Assembly (NCBI GenBank): GCA_009729775.1
Contig: GCA_009729775.1_4081.1
Direction: 5' to 3' (one strand)
Length of the DNA stretch: 64,000 nucleotides
From: Escherichia coli
GTDB lineage: Bacteria > Pseudomonadota > Gammaproteobacteria > Enterobacterales > Enterobacteriaceae
The position numbers and the translations under genes are program-made. The notes under the pieces were generated by a model that made no database searches, had not been told where the DNA came from, and saw nothing but the letters and a program-made list of their open reading frames with translations. Numbering within the stretch: position 1 is the stretch's first letter; each line of letters starts with the position of its first letter. Shown here one piece after another: positions 30,631-39,330 of the stretch.

Positions 30631-30839
30631 TTACTTTTAACCTCTTTCTGTAGAGCGTCAATCCATAGATCTACATACATTTGTTGATAGTTTGTGTCTA
30701 TTAGTGCACCTACATAGAGTTCAGCTACCATTGCGTGCTTTATGTCAATAGGGATGCTCTTATCAGATTGAATCTTTCTCCTTCTGCTTCCACATGTTTT
30801 CAGGAGCCTGATGTATTCAAAACCTTGTAAATTTCTCAT
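30621..30839 (-). CDS. family B paralog
   Basis: motif ALIDTNYQQMYV. Confidence 0.65.
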   Translation of the reverse strand: MRNLQGFEYIRLLKTCGSRRRKIQSDKSIPIDIKHAMVAELYVGALIDTNYQQMYVDLWIDALQKEVKSKCK

Positions 30840-31051
30840 ATTTTGGATACCACCTTGTTACGTAAGGAACTTAATAATACGTCAGTGTAGATGTTTTGAT
30901 AGTTTGTTCCTACGAATGCACCCAACTTCATTTCAGCTATTATAACACATTTGTCCTCTTGTGCAATAGACTTGTCTAAAGAAATACTAACAACTTTCCC
31001 TCTTATAGTTTGTAACCTCCAATGATACTGATACTCATTAAGGATTATCAT
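30836..31051 (-). CDS. family B paralog
   Basis: motif AFVGTNYQNIYT. Confidence 0.7.
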   Translation of the reverse strand: MIILNEYQYHWRLQTIRGKVVSISLDKSIAQEDKCVIIAEMKLGAFVGTNYQNIYTDVLLSSLRNKVVSKI

Positions 31052-31298
31052 TCTCTCGTCTCCAGATTTCGGTTCTCATGTGTTGGCAGTGTGCATCAAT
31101 ATATTGCTCTATCGATCTGGCGATTGCTGTTTTATCAGTGCCTGTCATCAGTACAAGCATCTCTGCCTCACTATGAATTAAACGCATGATATCATAGGGT
31201 AATATTTCAGATACTGTATCATAGTGTTTGTGTGTCAGTGTCTGCAATAGTTTACAATACATTTTGTGATTTAGTCTTTGTCGCATTGTTTCTTCCAT
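31038..31298 (-). CDS. family B paralog (divergent)
   Basis: motif region LMTGTDKTAIA, same size and position in array. Confidence 0.5.
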   Translation of the reverse strand: MEETMRQRLNHKMYCKLLQTLTHKHYDTVSEILPYDIMRLIHSEAEMLVLMTGTDKTAIARSIEQYIDAHCQHMRTEIWRRENDNP

Positions 31299-31543
31299 TC
31301 TCTTCTGGCTTGACGGGTTTTTTCTGATATTTCGTTTCTCAATGCAGAGATATATCGTAGAGTGAACAGTTCTTGATAGTTAGTCCCTATGAATTTATTA
31401 AGATATACATCAGCGTTGACGATATCAGCTTCACGGGAATTATAAAGTTTATTGTTCGTGCGAAGGGTGTTTAGAAGAGAGAAGAGGGCAGTCTGATACT
31501 CAGTGCTTGATAAAGTTTTCATATTTTTCCACAATTCGTTCAT
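31271..31543 (-). CDS. family B paralog
   Basis: motif KFIGTNYQELFT. Confidence 0.65.
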   Translation of the reverse strand: MNELWKNMKTLSSTEYQTALFSLLNTLRTNNKLYNSREADIVNADVYLNKFIGTNYQELFTLRYISALRNEISEKTRQARREWKKQCDKD

Positions 31544-31757
31544 TTAGTTTTATCTGTATAAGATCCATTAGTTGTTCAAGATAATCGGTACAATATTTCT
31601 CTTGATATTGGGTTCCCACAAAGTACAGCAACCATAGCTCATGAACTTTAACTTTCATCTCGTTCCATGAAAGTGCATCGTCATCGTAGATTACTCTTGC
31701 TTCTGGGGTGAGCTTTCTAACTCTAATTGAATATTCATCGTCAGTTAAGTGTTTCAT
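31500..31757 (-). CDS. family B paralog
   Basis: motif YFVGTQYQEKYC. Confidence 0.65.
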   Translation of the reverse strand: MKHLTDDEYSIRVRKLTPEARVIYDDDALSWNEMKVKVHELWLLYFVGTQYQEKYCTDYLEQLMDLIQIKLNERIVEKYENFIKH

Positions 31758-31972
31758 TTACATTTATCCCTTATTAGATTTGTGAGGGCAACTATGTGTG
31801 CAACAACATACTCTTCCTGAAAGTTCGTCCCCAGTACAGCCATCATGCGTATATCGGTGGTGTTTATCCTGTGTTCCCTTACACATAAACCTTCTTTGTG
31901 AGGAAGTGTAAAATATTTGTTTATTGCAGCAATGACAATTTTATTCTTCTCGGTGATACTTAAATGTTTCAT
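31754..31972 (-). CDS. family B paralog
   Basis: motif AVLGTNFQEEYV. Confidence 0.7.
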   Translation of the reverse strand: MKHLSITEKNKIVIAAINKYFTLPHKEGLCVREHRINTTDIRMMAVLGTNFQEEYVVAHIVALTNLIRDKCK

Positions 31973-32181
31973 AGTTTACTCCTGATATAATTCTGAAGTG
32001 CAATTAAGTATTCCCCTACATAATACACCTGAAAGTCTGTATCAAGGAATGCACCCATAAGTAAATCTTTTTCTAATACCCTTGATAAGTTAAGGTCTGC
32101 ATTTGAAAGGTATATAAGTAAGATTTCACCCTGTGCGGAATTGAAACGTTTCTTATATTCTTCTGGTGTTAAAAAAATCAT
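31969..32181 (-). CDS. family B paralog
   Basis: motif AFLDTDFQVYYV; close paralog of next gene. Confidence 0.65.
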   Translation of the reverse strand: MIFLTPEEYKKRFNSAQGEILLIYLSNADLNLSRVLEKDLLMGAFLDTDFQVYYVGEYLIALQNYIRSKL

Positions 32182-32393
32182 AATTTGCTCCTGATATATT
32201 TCTCAAGAGATGACAAATACTTTTCCTCATAATACTTCTGATAGTCTGTTCCTAAGAATGCACCCAATAGTATATCATTTTCCAATACCTCGGCTAAGTT
32301 TAAATCAGAAGTCTCTTCGTATATTATGAGGATTTCAAGTTGTCTGGCAGCGATGCGTTCAGTATATTGATATGAGTTTTCTATAATAATCAT
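32178..32393 (-). CDS. family B paralog
   Basis: motif AFLGTDYQKYYE. Confidence 0.7.
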   Translation of the reverse strand: MIIIENSYQYTERIAARQLEILIIYEETSDLNLAEVLENDILLGAFLGTDYQKYYEEKYLSSLEKYIRSKL

Positions 32394-32599
32394 AATTTAC
32401 TCTTTATATCTTCTATTAAAAATCGAATCCATTCTTCAACATAATCTTCCTGATGGTTTGTGTTCAGTACAGCCAACATGCGGATCTCTGCTCTTGCAAC
32501 TTCAATTTCAGTTTTAGGAAGGTCTTTGCTGATATCCACCATTAAGTCCATGTATTTCAAGATAAGTCCGAATGATTGGGTTCGTGTTATAGTTTTCAT
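32390..32599 (-). CDS. family B paralog
   Basis: motif AVLNTNHQEDYV. Confidence 0.65.
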   Translation of the reverse strand: MKTITRTQSFGLILKYMDLMVDISKDLPKTEIEVARAEIRMLAVLNTNHQEDYVEEWIRFLIEDIKSKL

Positions 32600-32796
32600 T
32601 GTTTCCTCGTGGACAATGTTTTATTTTTCAATGTATCCACATATTTCGTTACCCATGCATCCTGATAGTTAGTTCCCAATGTAATCAAAAGGTATAACTC
32701 CATTCGTTCTACGTGTGAGTCTGTATTATAAATCTTTGTGAAGTTTTTACGTAACAGTGCTTGATATTCTTTTTCGGTTAATTTACGCATTTTCAT
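32596..32796 (-). CDS. family B paralog
   Basis: motif ITLGTNYQDAWV. Confidence 0.7.
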   Translation of the reverse strand: MKMRKLTEKEYQALLRKNFTKIYNTDSHVERMELYLLITLGTNYQDAWVTKYVDTLKNKTLSTRKQ

Positions 32797-32990
32797 AGTT
32801 TACTCGTTACATCTTCAATTAAATACCAAATCCAATCGTTGACATACCTTTCCTGAAAGTTAGTTCCAATGAATAGTGCCATAATTAATTCACGCTTATA
32901 GGCAATACCACGGTCATGGGACTTATACATTATCATAGCCATGTTATTGATAAGTCTTTCGTGGTGTTCTGCTTGAGTTAAAATACGCAT
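32793..32990 (-). CDS. family B paralog (first gene of array)
   Basis: motif LFIGTNFQERYV; start set at internal Met (MRILTQ) with AAGGGAG RBS; the track start at 33020 would lie inside the promoter. Confidence 0.6.
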   Translation of the reverse strand: MRILTQAEHHERLINNMAMIMYKSHDRGIAYKRELIMALFIGTNFQERYVNDWIWYLIEDVTSKL

Positions 32991-33020
32991 AGGGACTCCC
33001 TTAAAATTAATATCAATCAT

Positions 33021-33048
33021 ATTTTATACGATTTGTATAAAAAGTCAA
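33021..33048 (-). promoter_or_regulatory. sigma70-like promoter for the family B array (TTGACT-16-TAAAAT)
   Basis: read on reverse complement immediately upstream of first family B gene. Confidence 0.45.
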
Positions 33049-33239
33049 TAACATTTTATTCGTAATACCCCTTTATCGAAGTCGCTAAGGTTACCCGCCC
33101 TTTAGCCCCCTACGCATTTTGCCATAGTCCAATCCCTTTTATTTCAAAAAAGTCAAGGGATTACCTATGCATTTTTTTAACGCATAATTTTAAAAACGCC
33201 TTGACTTTTTTCTGAATCAGTACTAGATCCCTTTACGCA

Positions 33240-33449
33240 TTAATCCTTCGTTACGCTAACGATTATCTGTGTATCCCCGTAGTCCTGCCATACTTCCACG
33301 CCATCCGTCGCCCTGGTTAGTCGTGCTGTCATCTGCTTAACAGTCTTAGGCTTTAGTGGAACCTGTTGCAGTACTGTACGCATAGCATCACTGACGTTAT
33401 CATGTACGCCAGCAATAGTACCTAGAACGCTGTATACTGTATAGAACAT
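33240..33449 (-). CDS. hypothetical protein
   Basis: 69 aa ORF. Confidence 0.5.
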   Translation of the reverse strand: MFYTVYSVLGTIAGVHDNVSDAMRTVLQQVPLKPKTVKQMTARLTRATDGVEVWQDYGDTQIIVSVTKD

Positions 33450-33517
33450 ATGTATGCCCTCCTGATATAGTTAAGGCCGCTAGAGAGCGGCCTATGATGT
33501 TTGGTGATGTGTAATGC

Positions 33518-33919
33518 TTATAGTCCTAAGATAGTGCGTGCTTCGTTACGTTCCGTCCATAGCTGCATGATGTGAGCAAGTAAGTCCTTACTAATGTATC
33601 CGGTGTTCATAGCTTCACGGATAGATACATCATAAGCACCGAACCCCGTGCGAACGATACGCACATCATTTAGGTTAGTGTTATAGATACCGCCAAGATC
33701 AACGGCTTCGAATACTGCATCAACTGAATACTCATTGTTACCATCGTTGAAGTTTTCTAGTGCAATAGTATTGGATACCGCCCAACGTTTGCAGTTTCCA
33801 ATGATGCGGCATTGTTCCGGTTGGAGAGTGCCATTACTTACAGCGTACTCCAGTGCATCTTTACCAAAAGTCCGAGCCAGTACTAAAACGTCAGCGAAGG
33901 AAGTGATTGAGAAGGTCAT
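33518..33919 (-). CDS. hypothetical protein
   Basis: start at MTFSITSF with GGAG RBS; track MVLP extension is translation of 5' hairpin. Confidence 0.6.
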   Translation of the reverse strand: MTFSITSFADVLVLARTFGKDALEYAVSNGTLQPEQCRIIGNCKRWAVSNTIALENFNDGNNEYSVDAVFEAVDLGGIYNTNLNDVRIVRTGFGAYDVSIREAMNTGYISKDLLAHIMQLWTERNEARTILGL

Positions 33920-33939
33920 GATAAAACTCCTTAATTTAG

Positions 33940-34010
33940 GAGGGAGAACCATTTCCCCCTCTCTATGTAAAACATTATACTTGATTCTAAGTACTATGCA
34001 AGTACTTTTT
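33940..34010 (-). promoter_or_regulatory. early promoter cassette: TTGCAT-16-TATAAT followed by GC-rich 5' hairpin
   Basis: reverse complement reads TTGCAT..TATAAT then GGGGGAAATGGTTCTCCC stem-loop then RBS. Confidence 0.55.
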
Positions 34011-34335
34011 ACATTTTAATACCTGGATTCAGGTAGCGGTGAGATCCGTATTCTGGATCTGTTTCGGTCCAGTACTGTAAATCTATAGTACCCTTTGCGT
34101 TAATCTTGTCTACTAGCTTATTCATCTTAGTGTAGACTACTTCGCTAGGGATGTAGTGTAATCCTTTATTATAGAAGTAGTGGTTAGCTTCACTATCGTT
34201 TAAGATATAGCGTGCACCGTTTGCGGTTTGTGCAACAATGAAAGAGTATTCTACTTCCCGATCATTACCATCAACAGTAATGCGGTCGAAATTGGTACGG
34301 ATGAAAGCTTTAACGATAGCGATTGAAGTACTCAT
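34009..34335 (-). CDS. hypothetical protein
   Basis: 108 aa ORF. Confidence 0.55.
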   Translation of the reverse strand: MSTSIAIVKAFIRTNFDRITVDGNDREVEYSFIVAQTANGARYILNDSEANHYFYNKGLHYIPSEVVYTKMNKLVDKINAKGTIDLQYWTETDPEYGSHRYLNPGIKM

Positions 34336-34469
34336 GGTGAATCTCCTAACTTTGTGGGCCGTCGCACCATTGCCGCCCTACGAGATACATTATTGCAGTA
34401 CTGATATACTTTGTCAATACTTTTTTTGAAATAGTTTTGAGTACTGGAATTACATCCACCAGCAGATAG

Positions 34470-34590
34470 TTACTCACCGTTATGAACTATCTTACAGATA
34501 CTTCTCTGCACCCTGTGGGCTAGTTTTTGTCTATGCGTATATAATAGCAAAGGGACTGACCGGAGTCAATCCCTTTTTTTATTCTTTTTT
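34470..34590. repeat. repeated intergenic composite element (GCACCCTGTGGGCTAG core and AAGGGACTGACCGGAGTCAATCCCTTTTTT hairpin)
   Basis: near-identical copies at about 36390-36510, 39760-39870, 43790-43920. Confidence 0.6.
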
Positions 34591-34591
34591 G

Positions 34592-34792
34592 TTAGATGAT
34601 TCTCCAATCTTCTACCAGGATTTTAATATACCGTACCAGTGATTCGAGTGATTCCACTTCCCGATAATCGGTAGCCGTTTGCACGGAACAAGTACAGCCG
34701 ATCAAGCCATTGCCAAGCTCTTTGATCTGTACATCGATGCAGTTGGCTTTTGCTTCATTCAGTACTGCAACCAATTCGTTAGCGATTGACAT
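34592..34792 (-). CDS. hypothetical protein
   Basis: 66 aa ORF with upstream promoter cassette. Confidence 0.5.
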   Translation of the reverse strand: MSIANELVAVLNEAKANCIDVQIKELGNGLIGCTCSVQTATDYREVESLESLVRYIKILVEDWRII

Positions 34793-34810
34793 AATGTTTT
34801 ACTCCTAAAG

Positions 34811-34875
34811 GTGCGGGAGAACTATTCCCCCGCTCTATGTAAAACATTATACATTATCTTGTAGTACTGTCAAAT
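34811..34875 (-). promoter_or_regulatory. early promoter cassette (TTGACA-16-TATAAT) and 5' hairpin
   Basis: reverse complement of intergenic region. Confidence 0.55.
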
Positions 34876-34880
34876 AGTTT

Positions 34881-35138
34881 TTATGAGATATCTTCGATAT
34901 AGTCGGCCCATGTCATTTGTTCAGTACTATCGAGTGCACCAGGATTATTTGGATCAAACCATTCGCCATCCCCTAAGTACATTGCAGCGGATACCGCTTT
35001 ATAGCCATTATAGGCGTTATTCCACTGCATAGCACGATAGATATGGCCTTTAATTGGTGTTAGTACTGGTAACGTTTTATGGTCTTCTACGTAGGCTGTA
35101 GCGATTGGATTTACCCGATACGTTTTGAACTGTTCCAT
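34881..35138 (-). CDS. hypothetical protein
   Basis: 85 aa ORF. Confidence 0.5.
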   Translation of the reverse strand: MEQFKTYRVNPIATAYVEDHKTLPVLTPIKGHIYRAMQWNNAYNGYKAVSAAMYLGDGEWFDPNNPGALDSTEQMTWADYIEDIS

Positions 35139-35212
35139 GATGTTTCCCCTTTAGTTAGTAAAGTTAATACAACAGTACTATCACGCATTGTCAATAGTAC
35201 TGAAATAAAACT

Positions 35213-35437
35213 TTAGATTAGATTATTGATGCCGTTGATGGTAGACTCGCTTTCTTCTTTCTCCCATTGGCGGTAATACTTCCATGCTTCATGATAGGTG
35301 GCGATCAGTTCATCTTTTTGATCCTGAGTACATGCCAGTACTGAATCACTGTAAGCGGTGTTATAGATAGAATCAAATGATTTCTTCTCTTCTGCCAGGG
35401 TAGCTACTTCCCGCATCAGTTCATCAAAGTTAGCCAT
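35213..35437 (-). CDS. hypothetical protein
   Basis: start at MANFDELM; track extension covers 5' hairpin. Confidence 0.55.
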   Translation of the reverse strand: MANFDELMREVATLAEEKKSFDSIYNTAYSDSVLACTQDQKDELIATYHEAWKYYRQWEKEESESTINGINNLI

Positions 35438-35454
35438 TTTAGTACTCCTTATTA

Positions 35455-35520
35455 GTGGGGGAGGATATCTCCCCCTATGCAAAACATTATACTTTGTTTT
35501 ACTTACAATGCAAGTACTTT
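35455..35520 (-). promoter_or_regulatory. early promoter cassette (TTGCAT-16-TATAAT) and hairpin GGGGGAG-atat-CCTCCCCC
   Basis: reverse complement of intergenic region. Confidence 0.55.
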
Positions 35521-35712
35521 TTAAATTTTATTTCCGATATAGTCCGGCCTGTTCTTTTCGGTCATACGCTTAAGCATTTTTTGCATATGGCTTATTGCTT
35601 GTAGTGTATCCTCTTCCAGCGATGAATCAAGATAATCAGGATCATTCTTCACCTTACAATGATTATGATAGCGTAGTACTGCCAGTACTTTTTTAACTTC
35701 TTCAACTGTCAT
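35521..35712 (-). CDS. hypothetical protein
   Basis: 63 aa ORF. Confidence 0.45.
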   Translation of the reverse strand: MTVEEVKKVLAVLRYHNHCKVKNDPDYLDSSLEEDTLQAISHMQKMLKRMTEKNRPDYIGNKI

Positions 35713-35981
35713 AATAAGTATTCCACTTCGTTTGCTTTCAGGTTAGTATCAATCATCAGTGGCTTTTTGTAGTCCACAAAACGATTAGTTTTTTCGATAG
35801 CGAAGCCCATATAATCCAGCTTGCTTACCGTGCATTCATTCTTAAAAACTTCTTTCGCTGCATTGATGGCTGATTGCAATGTTAACCGACCATCTAAGTT
35901 AATGTTTCCAAATGATCCACCAGCAGAAGTAGGATTACCGTTCATATCTTTAATGATCATAGTTGCGGAGTAGCTAGACAT
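35709..35981 (-). CDS. hypothetical protein
   Basis: 90 aa ORF. Confidence 0.55.
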   Translation of the reverse strand: MSSYSATMIIKDMNGNPTSAGGSFGNINLDGRLTLQSAINAAKEVFKNECTVSKLDYMGFAIEKTNRFVDYKKPLMIDTNLKANEVEYLL

Positions 35982-36002
35982 AATTTTGTTTCCTTTTAGT
36001 AT

Positions 36003-36062
36003 CGGGGAGAACTATTCTCCCCTTGATGTAAACTATTATACAGTACTGATATACTTTGTCAA
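36003..36062 (-). promoter_or_regulatory. early promoter cassette (TTGACA-16-TATAAT) and hairpin GGGGAGAA-tagt-TCTCCCC
   Basis: reverse complement of intergenic region. Confidence 0.55.
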
Positions 36063-36065
36063 TAC

Positions 36066-36287
36066 TTAATTACGTTTAAAATGATATGTACCTTTATCAT
36101 CCTGTACGCCCCATACTGATTTACCATCAACGCCAGTGAAGCCGGATTGCAATTCAATATGGAAACCATTATTATCAACTACAAAAACTTTTTTATTTTC
36201 ATCCCGATAACATTGATATTCTGAATCAACATTAAAGGCCGCATCATTCAGAAGATTGGAAGCGTAAATGCAAGTCATTGTAGTCAT
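36066..36287 (-). CDS. hypothetical protein
   Basis: start at MTTMTCIY; track MVLP extension is hairpin. Confidence 0.55.
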   Translation of the reverse strand: MTTMTCIYASNLLNDAAFNVDSEYQCYRDENKKVFVVDNNGFHIELQSGFTGVDGKSVWGVQDDKGTYHFKRN

Positions 36288-36389
36288 GATTTTATTCCTT
36301 ATTCTTTGAGGGAGAACCATTTCCCCCTCTCGATATAAAACATTATACTTGATTCTAAGTACAATGCAAGTACTTTTTTAAAAATAGTT

Positions 36390-36510
36390 TTCAGTACTGA
36401 ATACTTATATAATAGATACACTTCCGCACCCTATGGGTCAGTGAGTTATCTCTCAATGAATATATAATAGCAAAGGGACTGACTGGAGTCAATCCCTTTT
36501 TTAATCTTTT
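36390..36510. repeat. repeated intergenic composite element, copy 2
   Basis: as above. Confidence 0.6.
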
Positions 36511-37095
36511 TTATCGTGTTATAGTTATCGCGTTAACATCACGTTTTTTATAGTACTGATTCCAGATATTGCGGGTTAAACCGTAATCAAGTACTTTAAT
36601 CAAGCCGTTGCGATCCTGGCCGATATTCTGTTTTCTGATATCTCTTATCGTTAGTGTGGATAATGTATCATCAACGTGATTGAGAGCATCAGCGAAATGG
36701 TGATGGCGTTCAATAGTGTTACGTTTAATATTGTACTTTAACTCATTACATGCGGTTACGTGCTTTACACTGCCTTTGCTTGCAGTACTCAAACGATCCA
36801 TAACAATAAACAGATTATCAGGATCGCATAAATGCATATGCACCTTGGCAAAGAACTGTTTAAGGTGCGGACGGTCATAATCTAAAAAATTCCATACCTT
36901 ACATTCAGTTTCATTTTGTTCTACACCCGCATCACAATTCGCGACCTTAATCACTAACCGATCATTTAAAGCGAATACAATACGGGAAGAACCCGCACCG
37001 ACGATCTCCAGTCCAGCTAACCGACAAGCTGAAAGGATCTCTTTGTTGGTTTCCATTGCATGAAGTGAACGGATGAATTTAGTATAGTTACGCAT
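36511..37095 (-). CDS. putative protein kinase-like protein
   Basis: Gly-rich loop GAGSSRIV, VIKV lysine, IRDIRKQN (HRD-like), DYG (DFG-like); start at MRNYTKF with GGAG RBS. Confidence 0.45.
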   Translation of the reverse strand: MRNYTKFIRSLHAMETNKEILSACRLAGLEIVGAGSSRIVFALNDRLVIKVANCDAGVEQNETECKVWNFLDYDRPHLKQFFAKVHMHLCDPDNLFIVMDRLSTASKGSVKHVTACNELKYNIKRNTIERHHHFADALNHVDDTLSTLTIRDIRKQNIGQDRNGLIKVLDYGLTRNIWNQYYKKRDVNAITITR

Positions 37096-37126
37096 TGTGT
37101 TGACTCCTTGAGTTAATGAAACTATA

Positions 37127-37369
37127 TTACAGTACTTTACTATCAATGGCAACTACTTTTTTTACTTGAACTGCGTGGAATACTTCACGCGTATTTTTAG
37201 TACTGAATACTTTTGCCGTACCTTGTTCGACCGCAATACGATAGCGACCGTTAACGTCCACCATGTTGATAAAGTCCGGTGTACTGAATGGAGTTACCCG
37301 GCATTTAAGAACGGTTAACAGTTCCACCAGCGTGGTAGTCTCTTTGATACGTTTTTCTAAAGTAATCAT
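37127..37369 (-). CDS. hypothetical protein
   Basis: start at MITLEKRIKE downstream of TTGACA-17-TACTAT. Confidence 0.5.
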   Translation of the reverse strand: MITLEKRIKETTTLVELLTVLKCRVTPFSTPDFINMVDVNGRYRIAVEQGTAKVFSTKNTREVFHAVQVKKVVAIDSKVL

Positions 37370-37426
37370 TTTGTTTTCCCCGTGTTGGTATGCATTCATA
37401 GTACTAAAACATTTGAGTACTGTCAA

Positions 37427-37645
37427 TTAGATAATAGAATATTTCTTTAGTGATAATGCGTCTTCTGTCGGTTGATATTCTACACCGTTCCCGTTATCAA
37501 CCTTAGTGAGTAAACCTTTATCAATGAGTTTTTTGATGGTACGGTTTCCCTGTTGAAAACTAGTGAAGTGTGAATCATTACGAAAGGTATAACCGTGCTT
37601 CACTGCTTCATCAATAGTTTTCTTTTCGATTTTAGATAATTTCAT
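37427..37645 (-). CDS. hypothetical protein
   Basis: 72 aa ORF. Confidence 0.5.
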   Translation of the reverse strand: MKLSKIEKKTIDEAVKHGYTFRNDSHFTSFQQGNRTIKKLIDKGLLTKVDNGNGVEYQPTEDALSLKKYSII

Positions 37646-37703
37646 TTTGTTTCTCTCTCTCTGTGTTGGTATAGATACATAATACTAAAACATTTGAGTA
37701 CTG

Positions 37704-37958
37704 TCAACGTGATATTAGTTTTATTTTTTTATTGTATTGTTGGTGTTCATATAGATTAATTTTTCCAGTACTCTCGATCACTATTCTATTGTTAGTGTCT
37801 ACATCGATAACACGTAGTTTCCCGTTGCTTAACTTCCTAGGCAATAGACTACCATTAATAAACTCATTAGCAAGCTGTACGGCCTTTGTGATGATTCTCT
37901 GTGGTGCTTTATAGTGTACCCGCAAGATATTATCTTTAGATAGTTGTACCTTCATCAT
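37704..37958 (-). CDS. hypothetical protein
   Basis: 84 aa basic ORF. Confidence 0.5.
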   Translation of the reverse strand: MMKVQLSKDNILRVHYKAPQRIITKAVQLANEFINGSLLPRKLSNGKLRVIDVDTNNRIVIESTGKINLYEHQQYNKKIKLISR

Positions 37959-37973
37959 TTTAGTTTATCCTAT

Positions 37974-37998
37974 AAAAAAGGCGGGAACTGAACCCGCC
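37974..37998 (-). terminator. rho-independent terminator
   Basis: GGCGGG-aactgaa-CCCGCC hairpin followed by U-tract on minus strand, after stop of 38022..38426. Confidence 0.55.
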
Positions 37999-38021
37999 GT
38001 GTTGTTAGTACTGCAAAGTTA

Positions 38022-38417
38022 TTAGATAACCTGGCGGCGTTTACTGTATACTGTTACACGGTTTCCTTTACGGTCATGACGGATCTCTTTCTGGTTACGA
38101 ATCAGTTCACTTGGACGCTTAAGGTTTGCCAGGTGATCCGCGTGAGTCCATGCATTACTATTCACTTGTACTTGAATATCAGAACCTTCCAAGAAGTCAT
38201 CTTGAGCGTTCAGTACTTCAGCCAGTTCTTGAGCTTTCTTCAGTTCTGCTTCAGTAAGTACTGGTTCAGGTGAATTCACAATATCAGAGATCTCTTTGAA
38301 CTGTACCGCCCAGCGTTGTCCTTTCGGTGCATCTTTGCCCATGTCTTTAAATGTTTCACCTTCTTCACGGGCAACGATGCGAGCTTGTTCACGGGTAGCG
38401 AAGAATTTAGTAATCAT
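38022..38417 (-). CDS. hypothetical protein, paralog of 50213..50479
   Basis: shared FATREQARIVAREEGETFKDMG and HDRKGNRVTVYS segments. Confidence 0.6.
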   Translation of the reverse strand: MITKFFATREQARIVAREEGETFKDMGKDAPKGQRWAVQFKEISDIVNSPEPVLTEAELKKAQELAEVLNAQDDFLEGSDIQVQVNSNAWTHADHLANLKRPSELIRNQKEIRHDRKGNRVTVYSKRRQVI

Positions 38418-38516
38418 GGTGTACATCCTATTAGTTAAGTTAATTAGTACTACAAGTTAGAGTCTATTATAAAGTACTATCTGGGTAATGTCAAATAGTA
38501 CTTTAAATGGATTCTA

Positions 38517-38840
38517 TTACATGTCTTTCTTACGTTTTACATCGTAGTAACGAACTGTAATTTCTTTGTTGATCTCTTCCTCAATTCTGTGTAGTACTTT
38601 CTCTTTCGGGTTGAAACCTATTACAGTTTCTTTAATGATCTCCAAGCCCGTGTATTCGCCTTGTGTACCGTAACCGTAAGTAAAGGTTTCATGTCCCAGG
38701 TCTTCCCAGCGGTCACCAATCAATGCAGACACGTAGCATGAGTGGTAAGTATTGCCGTGGCTATCAGTCCACCGATTAACTTTAATGTCAAAGGAAGTTA
38801 CAATTTTCATTTCTACTTTCTGGGTAAGGATCATAGCCAT
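38517..38840 (-). CDS. hypothetical protein, paralog of 45141..45485
   Basis: shared GNTY, YGYG and C-terminal VKRKKD motifs. Confidence 0.6.
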   Translation of the reverse strand: MAMILTQKVEMKIVTSFDIKVNRWTDSHGNTYHSCYVSALIGDRWEDLGHETFTYGYGTQGEYTGLEIIKETVIGFNPKEKVLHRIEEEINKEITVRYYDVKRKKDM

Positions 38841-38861
38841 TTTAATTTCTCTCTTTTAGTT

Positions 38862-38927
38862 AGGAGGGGAACCATTCCCCTGCCTTGATGTAAACTATTA
38901 TACAGTACTAAGATACTTTGTCAATAC
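38862..38927 (-). promoter_or_regulatory. early promoter cassette (TTGACA..TATAAT) and 5' hairpin
   Basis: reverse complement of intergenic region. Confidence 0.5.
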
Positions 38928-39129
38928 TTATTTGTTTTCTTTTCGTAATTTCTTTTCAGCTTCAACTACATTCTTATTTGTGCAAACTACTTCATCGGAT
39001 AAATCTAACTTCCATCCAGACAGGGGTTTGGTTTGTTTCTTTGCTGCTTTGTTCGCTTTCATGATGTTTCCTTTTTAATTAAGATGTAAACTATTATACA
39101 GTACTAAGATACTTTGTCAATCTATTTTA

Positions 39130-39330
39130 TTAGATAGTTTCCCATTTCATGTTACCCGCTTTACGCTGTGAAACAGGAATAAACATGTTATTAATGTTAC
39201 TAATATAACCGACCTGTAAGTCACGCTGTGAACCATATGCCCGACTTGCTGCATTTTTAGCACCGCGTTCTGATTTATAAACGCCGCTGGATACTGTAAA
39301 GCCTACTACACCGAAAGTAAAATGTTTCAT
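39130..39330 (-). CDS. hypothetical protein
   Basis: 66 aa ORF; two tandem promoters upstream. Confidence 0.5.
   Translation of the reverse strand: MKHFTFGVVGFTVSSGVYKSERGAKNAASRAYGSQRDLQVGYISNINNMFIPVSQRKAGNMKWETI

Noticed and set aside
27717-33020. CRISPR array, considered because of the regular roughly 220-bp periodicity
   Set aside because: The periodicity comes from tandem protein-coding paralogs; there are no short identical direct repeats with unique spacers.
34540-34590. Reading the AAGGGACTGACCGGAGTCAATCCCTTTTTT hairpin only as a plus-strand terminator
   Set aside because: All flanking genes are on the minus strand and the hairpin loop contains a TTGACT correctly spaced from a minus-strand -10. 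It is reported as a composite element of uncertain function.
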